64,000 nt of DNA, taken from contig JAGWRX010000025.1 in assembly GCA_028876395.1 (NCBI GenBank), positions 4,789 to 68,788 on the forward strand, in the 5' to 3' direction. Position 1 is the first letter of the stretch. Each line of letters starts with the position of its first letter. Below the pieces are notes generated by a model. The model did no database searches. It saw only the letters and a list, made by a program, of their open reading frames with translations, and was not told the origin of the DNA. The stretch is from Acidobacteriota bacterium. Its GTDB lineage: Bacteria > Acidobacteriota > Terriglobia > Terriglobales > Acidobacteriaceae. The translations under genes were made by a program, and so were the position numbers. Of the stretch, positions 48,627 to 59,251 are shown in pieces.

Positions 48627-50788
48627 GCCTGCATGATCAGTCTTCACCCGAGTTCGCTCGCGGCAGCTATCACGAAGCATCACGCAGCGTGCAGCTCGAC
48701 CGTCGCGATTTCCTGAAGGTTCTCGGTGGAGGAGTGCTTGTGTGCCTCACGCCGACCTCCGCGTGGACGCAGGAATCGGGCCGGACCTTCGGCGGCCATG
48801 AGCTGCCCAAAGATGTGAGTGCGTGGCTGCACATCGCCGCCGTTGGCAAGGTCACGGTCTTTACCGGCAAGGTCGAGGTTGGCCAGAATATTCGCACCTC
48901 CCTCGCGCAACAGGTTGCCGAGGAACTGCGCGTGCCCTTTGACTCCATCACCATGGTCATGGGAGACACAGACCTGACTCCCTGGGACATGGGCACCTTC
49001 GGCAGCCGCACCACGCCCACCATGGGGCCGCAACTCCGCACCATGGCCGCAGCCGCGCGGGAGACGCTGGTCCAGATGGCCGCCCAGCGCTGGCAGGTTG
49101 ACGCGGCAACGCTGACGGCCGCGGACGGCAAGGTGACCGATTCAAAGCAGTCGCGCTCTCTCACGTATGGCGAACTGACGCGCGGTGAGAAGCTGGTGAA
49201 GATCGTCTCAAGCGAAGAGCGACTTACGCCCGTCACCGACTGGAAGATCGCAGGCACTGCCGTTCCAAAGGTTGGCGGCCGCGACTTTGTCACCGGCGCG
49301 CACAAGTTTCCCTCTGACATGGTTCTTCCGGAGATGCGCTTCGGGGCCGTTCTCCGCCCCGATGGATTCAATGCAACGCTCGCATCGCTCGACACCAGCG
49401 CTGCTGAAAAGCTGCACGGAGTCCAGGTTGTGCGCGACGGCGATTTCGTCGGCGTGGTTGCGCCCGACGCCTACACAGCACAGCATGCGCTCTCCGCCAT
49501 ACAGGCAAAGTGGAATGTGCCCGCACAGCCCTCGAACGAAGGGTTATATGAGTATTTGAAGAACAATCCAGAGTCGAGTGGTGAGGAAAGTCCGCAGCAT
49601 GTAGCCGGCTCCGTGACGCAGGCCATTGCGAGCGCGGATCTCCAGCTCGAAAATCAATACACCGTCGCGTACATCGCGCACGCGCCGCTTGAACCGCGGG
49701 CTGCTGTGGCCACGTGGGCTGACGGCAGGCTGACCGTGTGGACAGGAACGCAGCGCCCCTTCGGCGTACGCGACGAACTGGTGCAGGCTTTCCATCTTCC
49801 TGCCGCGCAGGTGCGCGTGATTCATCCCGACATGGGCAGCGGCTACGGCGGCAAGCACACAGGTGAGGCGGCCATTGAAGCAGCACGCCTGTCCAAAGCC
49901 GCCGGCAAACCGGTAAAAGTAATATGGACGCGGCAGGAGGAATTCACGTGGGCCTACCTCCGCCCCGCCGGCCTTATCGAAATCAAGGCAGGCGCGCGGC
50001 GCGATGGGACGCTGGTTGCCTGGGAACATCACAACTACAACTCCGGCCCGGCGGCAATCGGCACTCCATACGACGTTGCCAATCAGATCATCCAGTATCA
50101 TCCGGCAAGGTCGCCGCTGCGCCAGGGCTCCTATCGCGGCCTTGCAGCCACCGCCAATCACTTTGCCCGCGAATCGCACATGGATGCCCTGGCGCATGCG
50201 GCAGGCTTGGACCCGCTGGCGTTTCGCCTGAAGAATATCTCCGATACCAGGTTGCGCGCCGTGCTGCAGGCGGCTGCCGAAAAGTTCGGCTGGGGCCGCG
50301 AGAAATCCACACCCGGGCGCGGATTCGGCATGGCATGCGGAACCGACAAAGGCGGCTACATCGCCACGTGCGCAGAGGTGGGAATTGACCCCGCAAGCAG
50401 GAAGGTGCGTATTCGCCGCATCGTCGAGGCCTGGGAGTCCGGCGCGATTGTGAACCCCGATGGCCTCCGGAATCAGGTCATGGGCGCCATCGTCCAGTCC
50501 ATTGGCGGCGCTCTCTTTGAGCAGATTCTCTTTGCCAACGGCCGCATCCTCAATCCCCACTTCGCGCAGTATCGACTGCCGCGATTCAGCGACGTGCCGC
50601 GGATTGAGGTTGTACTGCTCGAGCGCAAGGACATTCCCTCGGCCGGCGCGGGCGAAACCGGCATTGTGGGCCTGGCGCCGGCGGTGGCCAATGCAATTTT
50701 TGCGGCAACCGGGACACGCCTGCGCAGCATGCCCATGGCCCCGTTGCACAAAGAACAGCATGCGTCCAGCGCGCAATTCCACAGCTAA
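48623..50788 (+). CDS. Molybdopterin large subunit, IorB / xanthine dehydrogenase family, Tat-exported
   Basis: DRRDFLK, GKVEVGQ, GTFGS, HAPLEP, MGSGYGGK, GAGE..APAVANA; ATGA overlap. Confidence 0.93.
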   Translation: MSLHDQSSPEFARGSYHEASRSVQLDRRDFLKVLGGGVLVCLTPTSAWTQESGRTFGGHELPKDVSAWLHIAAVGKVTVFTGKVEVGQNIRTSLAQQVAEELRVPFDSITMVMGDTDLTPWDMGTFGSRTTPTMGPQLRTMAAAARETLVQMAAQRWQVDAATLTAADGKVTDSKQSRSLTYGELTRGEKLVKIVSSEERLTPVTDWKIAGTAVPKVGGRDFVTGAHKFPSDMVLPEMRFGAVLRPDGFNATLASLDTSAAEKLHGVQVVRDGDFVGVVAPDAYTAQHALSAIQAKWNVPAQPSNEGLYEYLKNNPESSGEESPQHVAGSVTQAIASADLQLENQYTVAYIAHAPLEPRAAVATWADGRLTVWTGTQRPFGVRDELVQAFHLPAAQVRVIHPDMGSGYGGKHTGEAAIEAARLSKAAGKPVKVIWTRQEEFTWAYLRPAGLIEIKAGARRDGTLVAWEHHNYNSGPAAIGTPYDVANQIIQYHPARSPLRQGSYRGLAATANHFARESHMDALAHAAGLDPLAFRLKNISDTRLRAVLQAAAEKFGWGREKSTPGRGFGMACGTDKGGYIATCAEVGIDPASRKVRIRRIVEAWESGAIVNPDGLRNQVMGAIVQSIGGALFEQILFANGRILNPHFAQYRLPRFSDVPRIEVVLLERKDIPSAGAGETGIVGLAPAVANAIFAATGTRLRSMPMAPLHKEQHASSAQFHS

Positions 50789-50945
50789 CAAACATGGCTG
50801 CAACGTGTCGAAGAATTGCGTATGGCGCCGCTTTGAGTGGCGTAGCTTCACAGCTGCGTTTCGGGTTTTGTGAGCGTGACAGGCATCACTGCCGCGCGAA
50901 ATCAGGCGGCAGAGGATTACAATTGATGCTGGGGACCCGTACACC

Positions 50946-51311
50946 TTGAATTGGAGCAGAAAGGGCGCGTTGCTGATGCTGGCGGTTGTGGTCTTCTGGA
51001 CCGCGATGCCGGCCTCTGCCTGCCTGCTGGGCTTCAAGCCGATGCGGCAGCACGATTGCTGTCGCAGAATGGCACGGATGTGCACCTCGGCAGGCATGGC
51101 TGCAAGTGGCGCGTGCTGCCAGGCCAGCCCGCGGAACACTGCCGTCGCTCCAGACCCTCCTTACACGCCCGAGCATGCGCAGAAGCTGGTCATCATCCCG
51201 CAACAGGCCAGCCTGCGGGCGCCAGCCACGCTGCGCGCTGGATACGGCCATGCCTTCAAGGCACCGCCACCGAAAGCTGCATCGAGCAGCGCCTCCATAC
51301 TCCGAATCTAG
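50946..51311 (+). CDS. Cys-rich hypothetical protein heading the cus operon
   Basis: Hydrophobic N-terminus, HDCCRRMARMC, ACCQ, APPP and SILRI C-terminus. Confidence 0.6.
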   Translation: MNWSRKGALLMLAVVVFWTAMPASACLLGFKPMRQHDCCRRMARMCTSAGMAASGACCQASPRNTAVAPDPPYTPEHAQKLVIIPQQASLRAPATLRAGYGHAFKAPPPKAASSSASILRI

Positions 51312-51419
51312 ACCGCCCTCCCCCGCAAGCTGAACCCTGGCCTTCGTGCGTCTCTGCGCCCTCACGCGCACAGCTAACGCGCGGCCAGGCTGTGAGCTGT
51401 ATCTCCGCTGGAGGGAGTC

Positions 51420-52778
51420 ATGAAAGTTTTTTTACCCATACTTTGTGTCCTGGCGTTCGCTGCGTCCGCCGGCGTTTCGCGCGCAGAGACGCCGGGCCAT
51501 GGCGATAGCCTCACGAACCTTGCCGCGCTCCTTCAGCAGCATCAAGGAACAGAGTCTGCCGGTGCATCGCTCACGCTGGATGATGTGGAACGGATTGCGC
51601 TCGCCGTGAATCCGGAGATCGAGGTGGCCGCGCGGCGCGTCGCCATTGCGGAAGCGCACGTTCCAACAGCAGGCGCGCTCGACGATCCATCGGTGATGTA
51701 TCGCGGCTGGGGCGTTCCGCTCAAGCAGCCGTGGGATTACAACGCCGCGCAGAACATGTTCAGCATCAGCCAGACCCTGCCAGGCGCGGGCAAGCGGGCA
51801 TTGCGCACCAGTGTTGCCCAGTCCGACGTGGCCGAGGCAAAGGCTGAACTGGAGCAGGCGCGTCTGGACATCACGGTGCGCGCGCGCAAGGCATTTGACG
51901 ACCTTCTGCTCGCTGAAGACGAGCTGCGGATTCACGATCAGCACGTGGGGCTTGCCCGTCAGGCAATTGAAGCGGCGCGCATCAAGTACGCGGTCGGCAA
52001 GGTTCCGCAGCAGGACATTCTCAAGGCGCAGGTTACGCTAACGCGGCTTGCCGAGCACATGATTCGCTTCGATCAGGACGCTGAACTGGCGCGCGCCCGC
52101 CTCAATACTCTGCTCAAGCGCGATCCCGCGTCCCCGCTGAGCGTAGTTGGAAAGCACGATGTGCTGGCCGCTCTGCCCACCGCGCAGAATCTCGATGAGC
52201 TGGCTCTGCGCTCGCGCCCCGATCTTCTCGCGGCCGGGCAAGCCGCCGAGCGAAGCCACAAGGAACAGTCGCTGGCAAAAAAGGTCTATGTGCCGGACTT
52301 CACGATCTCAGCCGGCTACATGCTGATGCAGCCCAGCGCCAGCATGCGCAACAACTACATGGTGGAGGGTTCGATGAACCTGCCATGGCTCAACCGCCAC
52401 AGGCATGACGCGGAGATTGCGGAGTCCACCGCGCGCGCAACCGAGCAGGATGCCGAACTGGCTGCGATGCGCAATGCGGCCTTCGGGCAAATTCAGGAAG
52501 CGCTGGTTGAGGCACAGGCCGCGCAACGCCTTGCGCGCATGTATCGCAACGACCTGAGGCCGCAGGCTGAAGCCACGCTCCAGGCGAGCGTGATTGCCTA
52601 TGAGAATGACAAGACGGACTTTCTTGATCTGCTCGACAGCCAGATGACCGTTGTCGATATCGACCTCGCCTGGTTTCAGGCAATCGCTGATTTCAACAAG
52701 CGCATGGCGGACCTCGAACTCGCCACAGGCGCTCCACTTGACCAGTCAAGCGCACCCGCAGCGGAGGTGAAGCCGTGA
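51420..52778 (+). CDS. Heavy-metal RND outer membrane factor (CusC/TolC)
   Basis: NPEIE, LDDP, SQTLP..GKR, YVPDF, DFLDLLD; GGAG RBS. Confidence 0.9.
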   Translation: MKVFLPILCVLAFAASAGVSRAETPGHGDSLTNLAALLQQHQGTESAGASLTLDDVERIALAVNPEIEVAARRVAIAEAHVPTAGALDDPSVMYRGWGVPLKQPWDYNAAQNMFSISQTLPGAGKRALRTSVAQSDVAEAKAELEQARLDITVRARKAFDDLLLAEDELRIHDQHVGLARQAIEAARIKYAVGKVPQQDILKAQVTLTRLAEHMIRFDQDAELARARLNTLLKRDPASPLSVVGKHDVLAALPTAQNLDELALRSRPDLLAAGQAAERSHKEQSLAKKVYVPDFTISAGYMLMQPSASMRNNYMVEGSMNLPWLNRHRHDAEIAESTARATEQDAELAAMRNAAFGQIQEALVEAQAAQRLARMYRNDLRPQAEATLQASVIAYENDKTDFLDLLDSQMTVVDIDLAWFQAIADFNKRMADLELATGAPLDQSSAPAAEVKP

Positions 52779-54352
52779 AGACACGTACCTATCAATTTGC
52801 ATTGGCAGCGGCCGTTGCCGTCTGTGTTGTGCTTGCAGCCGCTCTTGTGTATGTACTCAAGCAGCAGAAGCGCGCGGCTCCCGAGTCGGCCACTCAGGAT
52901 GTGGTTGTTGCGCGCGGCCCGGAGACGGCATCGCGGCCCGCAGTGCATGGCAGCGAGGCGCCGGCGGGAAGCGAGCCTGCGCTGGCTCCCGTGCAATTGT
53001 CGCCGCGGCGGCTTCAGGAGATCGGCGTGATGACGGCCACCGCGGAGATGAAGAACGTGAGCCAGGAGATGAACGTGCCCGGCAACGTGGACATCGATGA
53101 GCAGCGGCTCGCGTATGTGCAGACTCGCTTCGCCGGGTGGATTCAGAATGTCTTTGCGAATGCCACGTACCAGTACGTGCGCAAGGGGCAGAGCCTGTTT
53201 ACCATTTACAGCCCTGACCTCGTGAGCAGCGAGCAGGAGTATCTGCTCGCCAGGCAGAATCAAAAGACCTTTCCGCGGGACATGCACAGCATGGCTGCCA
53301 GTGAAAGCGGGTGGCTGCTGCAGGCCTCCGCGGAGCGCTTGCGACAGTTCGGCGTCCCGGCACAGCAAATCGCGGATCTTGAGCAAAGCGGCAAGGTACA
53401 ACGCGATATTCAGATTGACTCGCCCGTCTCGGGCTACATCATTGAGCGCAACGCCCTGCCGAATGCGTATGTACAACCGGATACGAAGCTCTACACGATC
53501 GCCGATCTCTCCACGGTTTGGGTCTACGCCAACGTGTTTCAAGGCGACGTTGGCCGCCTGAAGCCAGGCGATCCCGCGCAGGTCACGGTCGATGCCTATC
53601 CGGGACGCCGCTTCAACGGGCGCATCGATCAGATTCTGCCGCAGGTGGATATGACGACGCGTACGGTGCGCGTGCGCCTCATCTTTTCGAACCCCGGCGT
53701 TGTGCTCAAGCCGGGCATGTTCGTGAACGTCGCCATCTCGGTGCCTCTGGGACGCCAACTGGTGATACCGTCCACCGCGGTGCTGCAGGCGGGCTCGCGC
53801 GCCATCGCATTCATCGATCACGGAAGCGGAAATCTGGAACCGCGCACGATTGAGACCGGGCCGCTGATCGCCGACTCCGTTGTTGTCCTCAGCGGCCTGA
53901 AGGCCGGCGACCAGGTTGTCAGCTCGGCCAACTTTCTTGTGGACTCGGAGGCGCAGTTGCAGGCGGCGTTCGGCTCTTTTGTGCCTCCGGCGCAGCAGTC
54001 GTCCGCGACCCCGGGCGCAGCGCCACCCGCGCAAATGCAGATTGACATTGCCACGCAGCCCTCGCCGGCGCGCGTAGGTGCAAACGTCGTGCGCGTGAAG
54101 CTGACCGGCCCTGATGGAAGGCCACTCGAGGGCGTGCAGGTGAGTGCCACCTTCTTTATGCCCGCCATGCCTGCCATGGGAATGGCCGCCATGCGCGCCA
54201 CAGCCGCTCTTACCGGTAAGGGCAGCGGCGAATATGAAGGGCCACTGCAACTGCAGACAGGAGGCACCTGGCAGGTAACCGTGACCATTCAGCGTAACGG
54301 ACAGACCATTGCCACAAAGCAACTGAGCGTGAACGCGACGGGAGGCATGTGA
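52775..54352 (+). CDS. cusB: CusB-type adaptor with C-terminal YtkA/FixH-like Met-rich domain
   Basis: IYSPDLVSSEQEY, LYTIADLSTVWV, LKPGMF, FLVDSE, tail MPAMPAMGM...GTWQVTV. Confidence 0.85.
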   Translation: MKTRTYQFALAAAVAVCVVLAAALVYVLKQQKRAAPESATQDVVVARGPETASRPAVHGSEAPAGSEPALAPVQLSPRRLQEIGVMTATAEMKNVSQEMNVPGNVDIDEQRLAYVQTRFAGWIQNVFANATYQYVRKGQSLFTIYSPDLVSSEQEYLLARQNQKTFPRDMHSMAASESGWLLQASAERLRQFGVPAQQIADLEQSGKVQRDIQIDSPVSGYIIERNALPNAYVQPDTKLYTIADLSTVWVYANVFQGDVGRLKPGDPAQVTVDAYPGRRFNGRIDQILPQVDMTTRTVRVRLIFSNPGVVLKPGMFVNVAISVPLGRQLVIPSTAVLQAGSRAIAFIDHGSGNLEPRTIETGPLIADSVVVLSGLKAGDQVVSSANFLVDSEAQLQAAFGSFVPPAQQSSATPGAAPPAQMQIDIATQPSPARVGANVVRVKLTGPDGRPLEGVQVSATFFMPAMPAMGMAAMRATAALTGKGSGEYEGPLQLQTGGTWQVTVTIQRNGQTIATKQLSVNATGGM

Positions 54353-57300
54353 TGATTTCTCGAATCATTGCCTGGTGCGCGCGCAATCCATTTCTTGTTT
54401 TCACAGGCGCCGCTCTTTTGTTTGTCGCCGGTCTATGGTGCCTTCAGCATGTGCCGCTCGATGCGCTTCCCGACATCAGCGACGTGCAGGTCATCATCCA
54501 CACGGAGTGGCAGGGCGAGCCGCCGAACGTCATCGAAGATCAGGTCACATACCCGATTGTTTCCGCGCTGCTCGCAGCACCACAGCTCAAGAACGTGCGC
54601 GCTCAAACCATGTTTGGAGACTCGTATGTCTTCGTTGTTTTTCAGGATGGCACCGACCTCTACTGGGCGCGGTCGCGCGTCATCGAGTATCTGCAGCAGA
54701 TCGCGGGCAAGCTCCCGCCGGATGTGCATCCCGCAATCGGCCCGGATGCAACCGGAGCGGGATGGGTCTATGAGTACGCCATCGTTAACCACAGCCACAA
54801 CAAGAGCCTGGCCGACCTGCGCGCGCTGCAGGACTGGTTCCTGCGCTACCAGCTTGAAACCGTGCCCGGCGTCGCAGAGGTGGCGAGCATCGGCGGCTTC
54901 GTGCGCCAGTACCAGGTGAACCTCGACCCCAACAAGCTCTTCTCCTACGGCATCTCCGCCGCCATCGTCATTGATCGCGTCCGGCAGAGCACCAATGAAG
55001 TCGGCGGAGACGTGCTTGAGATGAGCGGCGCGGAGTACATGATTCGCGGCCTCGGCTATCTCCGCTCGCTCGCTGATCTTGAGAATGTTCCCGTCGCAAC
55101 AAAAAACGGCACGCCTGTGCTGGTGCGCGATCTGGGCACGGTCTCGTTTGGCCCCGACGTGCGGCGCGGCGCCGCCGACTGGCAGGGCGAAGGCGAAGCT
55201 GTGGGCGGCATCGTCGTCATGCGCTACGGCATGAACGCGCTCAACGTGATTAACGGAGTCAAGGCGAAATTCCACGAGATTGCGCCGTCGCTGCCCTCCG
55301 GCGTTGAGATTGTCACCGGCTACGACCGCTCGTGGCTGATCAACGAGTCCATCCACACGCTCAAGCGCGATTTGATTGCTGAGGCAATCATCGTGAGCTT
55401 TGTGAGCATTGTCTTCCTCTTCCATTTCCGTTCGGCTCTTGTCCCCATCCTTACGCTGCCCATTGCCGTGCTGGCTGCATTCATCCCCATGTATTATCTG
55501 CACGTCAGCTCCAACATCATGTCGCTCGGCGGCCTGGCGCTGGCCGTCGGTGTACTCATTGACGCCGCCATCGTAATGGTGGAAAACGGCTATCGCCATC
55601 TGGCCGAGCGCGCCGATGTGCCCGGCGACGAAGAGCGACGGCGCATTCTGGTCGGCGCTGCCCAGCAGGTTGGCCCGGCGCTCTTCTATTCGCTCATCAT
55701 CATTGTTGTTTCGTTCCTGCCGGTGTTCCTGCTTGAAGCGCAGGAGGGCCGCATGTTCCGCCCGCTGGCCTGGACCAAAACGCTGGCGCTCATCTTCTCG
55801 TCGCTGCTTTCCATCACGCTGGTCCCGGCGCTCATGCCTATTTTCCTTCGCGGAAAGCTGCGCCCCGAGGCAAAGAATCCCGCGGCGCGCGTCACCCAGG
55901 CCATGTATCTTCCCGTGCTGCGCTGGTGCCTGCGGCACTGGAAGCTGGTCATCGCGCTGAATCTGATCTTCCTTGCCGCTACCATTCCGCTCTATTTCCG
56001 CCTGGGCAGCCAGTTCATGCCCGCGCTGTATGAGGGCTCCGCTCTCTACATGCCAAGCGCCCTGCCGGGCATCTCCATCACGCAGGCCGTCTCGCTGATG
56101 CAGGAGCAGGACCGCATCATCCGCTCCTTTCCTGAGGTTGCCACGGTCTTTGGCACAGTCGGCCGATCAGACAGCGCCACAGACAACGCGCCGCTGGACA
56201 TGTATGACACCACCATCATGCTCAAGCCGCGCGAGCAGTGGCGCACCGGCATGACCTACGAGAAGCTGATTCAGGAGATGGATGAGAAGCTCCAATTCCC
56301 AGGACTCACCAACACATGGACGATGCCCGTGCGCAACAGGCTGGACATGGAGTTGACCGGCATCAAGACCTCCATCGGAATCAAGATACAGGGGCCCGAT
56401 CTGGCGCGCATCGAAGACATTGGAGCGCGCATGCAGCAACTTATCTCCGGCATGCCGGAGACCAGCTCCGCCTTTGCGGAGCGCGTCTCGCAGGGCTTCT
56501 ATCTGAATGTTGCCGTGAACCGCCCCGAGGCTGCGCGCTACGGCCTGACCGTGGCTGACGTGCAGCGCGTCATCACCTCGGAAATCGGCGGAGCGAACAT
56601 CGCGGAGAATGTCGAAGGCCGCGAGCGCTTCCCCATTGCCGTGCGCTATCAGCGCGACTTCCGCAATCACCCTGAAGACCTCTCGCGGGCGCTCATCCCA
56701 ACCCCGTCAGGAGAGCAGATTCCGATCAGCGCGGTGGCGCGTGTCTATTTCTCGCGCGGCCCCGCGATGATCCGCGACGAGGACGGCGCGCTGACCGGCT
56801 ATGTCTATCTCGATCTGAAGACACACGACTACGGCGGCTTCGTTGACCGCGCAAACAAATTGATGCAGCAGTCCCTTGCGCTGCCCGCGGGCTACACCTG
56901 GCGCTGGGCCGGCGAATATGAGTTCGAGATGCGCGCGAAAGAGCGCCTCAAGATCATCCTGCCCATTGTCTTCTTCGTCATCTTTCTGCTGCTCTATCTC
57001 GTCTTCAAGTCTGCAACCGAAGCGGCGGTGCTGATCTTTCCCACGCTGTATGCCATGTCCGGCGGGCTGCTGCTGCAGTGGATGATGGGCTATAACTTCA
57101 GCGTCGCCGTGTGGGTGGGCTACATCGCCCTGTTTGGCATCGCCGTCGAGACAGGCGTTGTCATGGTGGTCTACTTGCATTAGGCCTTCCAGCACCACGC
57201 GGCCCAGGGCTCGCCGATGACGGAAGCCGGCCTGGAGCAGGCGGTTATTGACGGAGCGGTCCAGCGGCTGCGTCCAAAGCTGATGACCGTGACGGCAGTC

Positions 57301-57504
57301 ATTCTCAGTCTCGCGCCCATCCTATGGGAAACCGGCATCGGCTCGGACGTGATGAAGCCCATCGCGGCCCCCATCGTCGGCGGAATGATTACATCCACCA
57401 TCCACGTGCTGATTCTTGTGCCCGTCTTCTTTCTGCTCATCAAGCGCCGGGCTCTGCGCCGGGGTCATCTCCCTGCGGTGCAGGAGCAGCACGCGGCGGA
57501 GTAA
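54352..57504 (+). pseudogene. cusA: CusA Cu/Ag RND permease with in-frame TAG at 57181-57183
   Basis: LDALPDISDVQV, GPDATG, DAAIVMVEN, GVVMVVYLH, TAG, then in-frame AFQHH...GAVQRLRPKLMT...PIVGGMITST to TAA 57504. Confidence 0.85.
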
Positions 57505-57613
57505 GCGCCAGCGACCAATCCCCCGTTCGCCAGGAAGCGGCGCGGGCCGGGTGTCTCGATCGGGCTCGGGAATCGCTTTACTCTTCCGCGAGCGCGAAGA
57601 TAGACTTGCCCCC

Positions 57614-59149
57614 GTGATGATCACGCGCCGCCGCTTTGTCCGGAATGCTTCCGTCGTCTCCACTGCTCTTGCTATTGCGCCCAGCACGCGTCTGGCTCTG
57701 GCTCAGGCTGGAACGGGCATGTATCACAACCCGATCATGGGCGGCGACCATCCCGACGGCAGTCCTATCCGCGTCGGCGACGACTTCTATCTCACGCACT
57801 CCAGCTTCGACTACGCACCCGGCCTGCTGATCTGGCACTCGCGAGACCTGATTAACTGGCGCCCCGTGGCTGCCGCCCTGCACCGCTACTACGGCACCAT
57901 CTGGGCACCGTACCTCTGCGAATACGAAGGACATTTCTACATCTATTTTCCGGCCGCCGCACGGATTCACGTGGTCCACGCCGACCATCCCACCGGCCCG
58001 TGGAGCGAACCCATCGATCTGGGCATTCGCGCCATTGACCCCGCGCACATCGCCGAGAATGGCCGCCGCTTTCTCTACCTGGTCGGCGGACAAATGGCCG
58101 AGCTGACCGCCGACGGCCTGGCCGTGAAGACTCCGCCGCGCACCGTGCTCGAACCCTGGCCGGTGCCCGCCGCCACCCGCATGGAATGTACCTGCCTGGA
58201 AGGCCCCAAGCTGCTCCAGCACAACGGCTACTTCTACTTGAACGTGGCCGAGGGCGGCACAGCGGGGCCCGCCACCAGCCACTCCGTCGTCAGCGCCCGC
58301 AGCCGCCATGCTGAAGGTCCCTGGGAGTATTCCCCATACAACCCGGTGGCGCATACCGCCTCTCGCGATGACCGCTGGCTGAGCGTGGGCCACGGGCGGC
58401 TCGTCGATACTCCGGAGGGAAAGTGGTACATGACCGTCCATGCCTATGAAAATGGCTACCGCGCGCTGGGCCGCCAACTGCTGCTGCTACCCGTTGAATG
58501 GACCGCCGATGGCTGGTTCCGCGTGCCGCCCGGCGTCAAGGCCGACAGCGCCATACCCATGCCTGTCGCGAGTACGAACCAACAGCCATTCCCTGACCCT
58601 TCCGACGATTTCACCAGCCCGGAACTCGGCCTGCAATGGGGCTTCTGGCACGAGTACGATCCGGCGCGCTTTACCACTGGAAACGGCGCATTGACACTCG
58701 AAGCCCGCGGCAAATCTCTCGCGGATACCCCGGCCTTGACCACTGCCGTCGGCGGCCACTCCTACACTGTGGAAGTTGATGTCGAAGTCGAGCCGGGATG
58801 CGAGTCGGGGCTGCTGCTCTTTTACAACCCCGAGCATACCACCGGAATTCTGTTGGGACCGGAGGGCATCGGCGTGCGGCTCGCCAATGACTCCACGCAC
58901 ACGCGCCAGCAGAAGGGCGCAACCCGCGCCAGCCTGCGCATCGTCAACGACCGCCAGGAGGTGGATTTCTATTTCCGCGTTCCCGGCAAGCCCTGGCAGC
59001 GCATGCAGGAATCAGCGGAAATCTCCGGCATGCAGCACAACGTGCTGGGCGGCTTTCTTGATGTCCGGCCCGCTGTCTGCGCTTACGGCTCCGGCAAAGC
59101 CACGTTCCGCAACTTCCGCTATTGGCCGAAGGTCAACGTGCCGGTGTAG
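57614..59149 (+). CDS. Glycoside hydrolase family 43 (beta-xylosidase-like), Tat signal
   Basis: TRRRF; NPIMGGDHPDGS, IWAP, IDP, LEGP, AEGGTAG, GHG; C-terminal beta-sandwich. Confidence 0.92.
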   Translation: MMITRRRFVRNASVVSTALAIAPSTRLALAQAGTGMYHNPIMGGDHPDGSPIRVGDDFYLTHSSFDYAPGLLIWHSRDLINWRPVAAALHRYYGTIWAPYLCEYEGHFYIYFPAAARIHVVHADHPTGPWSEPIDLGIRAIDPAHIAENGRRFLYLVGGQMAELTADGLAVKTPPRTVLEPWPVPAATRMECTCLEGPKLLQHNGYFYLNVAEGGTAGPATSHSVVSARSRHAEGPWEYSPYNPVAHTASRDDRWLSVGHGRLVDTPEGKWYMTVHAYENGYRALGRQLLLLPVEWTADGWFRVPPGVKADSAIPMPVASTNQQPFPDPSDDFTSPELGLQWGFWHEYDPARFTTGNGALTLEARGKSLADTPALTTAVGGHSYTVEVDVEVEPGCESGLLLFYNPEHTTGILLGPEGIGVRLANDSTHTRQQKGATRASLRIVNDRQEVDFYFRVPGKPWQRMQESAEISGMQHNVLGGFLDVRPAVCAYGSGKATFRNFRYWPKVNVPV

Positions 59150-59251
59150 GAAGAAAGATTGGCTGCACATGACGAACCGTCACAGATTATGGCGGTTCTC
59201 CTCAAGCCTGCCTCTTGCAACCCGTTGTCTGTTGTGGCTAGACTCCTGTGC

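Noticed and set aside
6490-57183. Genome-wide TAG reassignment (code 15 or pyrrolysine) to explain the two internal ambers
   Set aside because: rplY, rplI, the flavoprotein and the hexaheme gene end at TAG at expected lengths, some with the next gene starting immediately; the tRNA-Gln here has anticodon TTG, not CTA; no pyl genes are in the window
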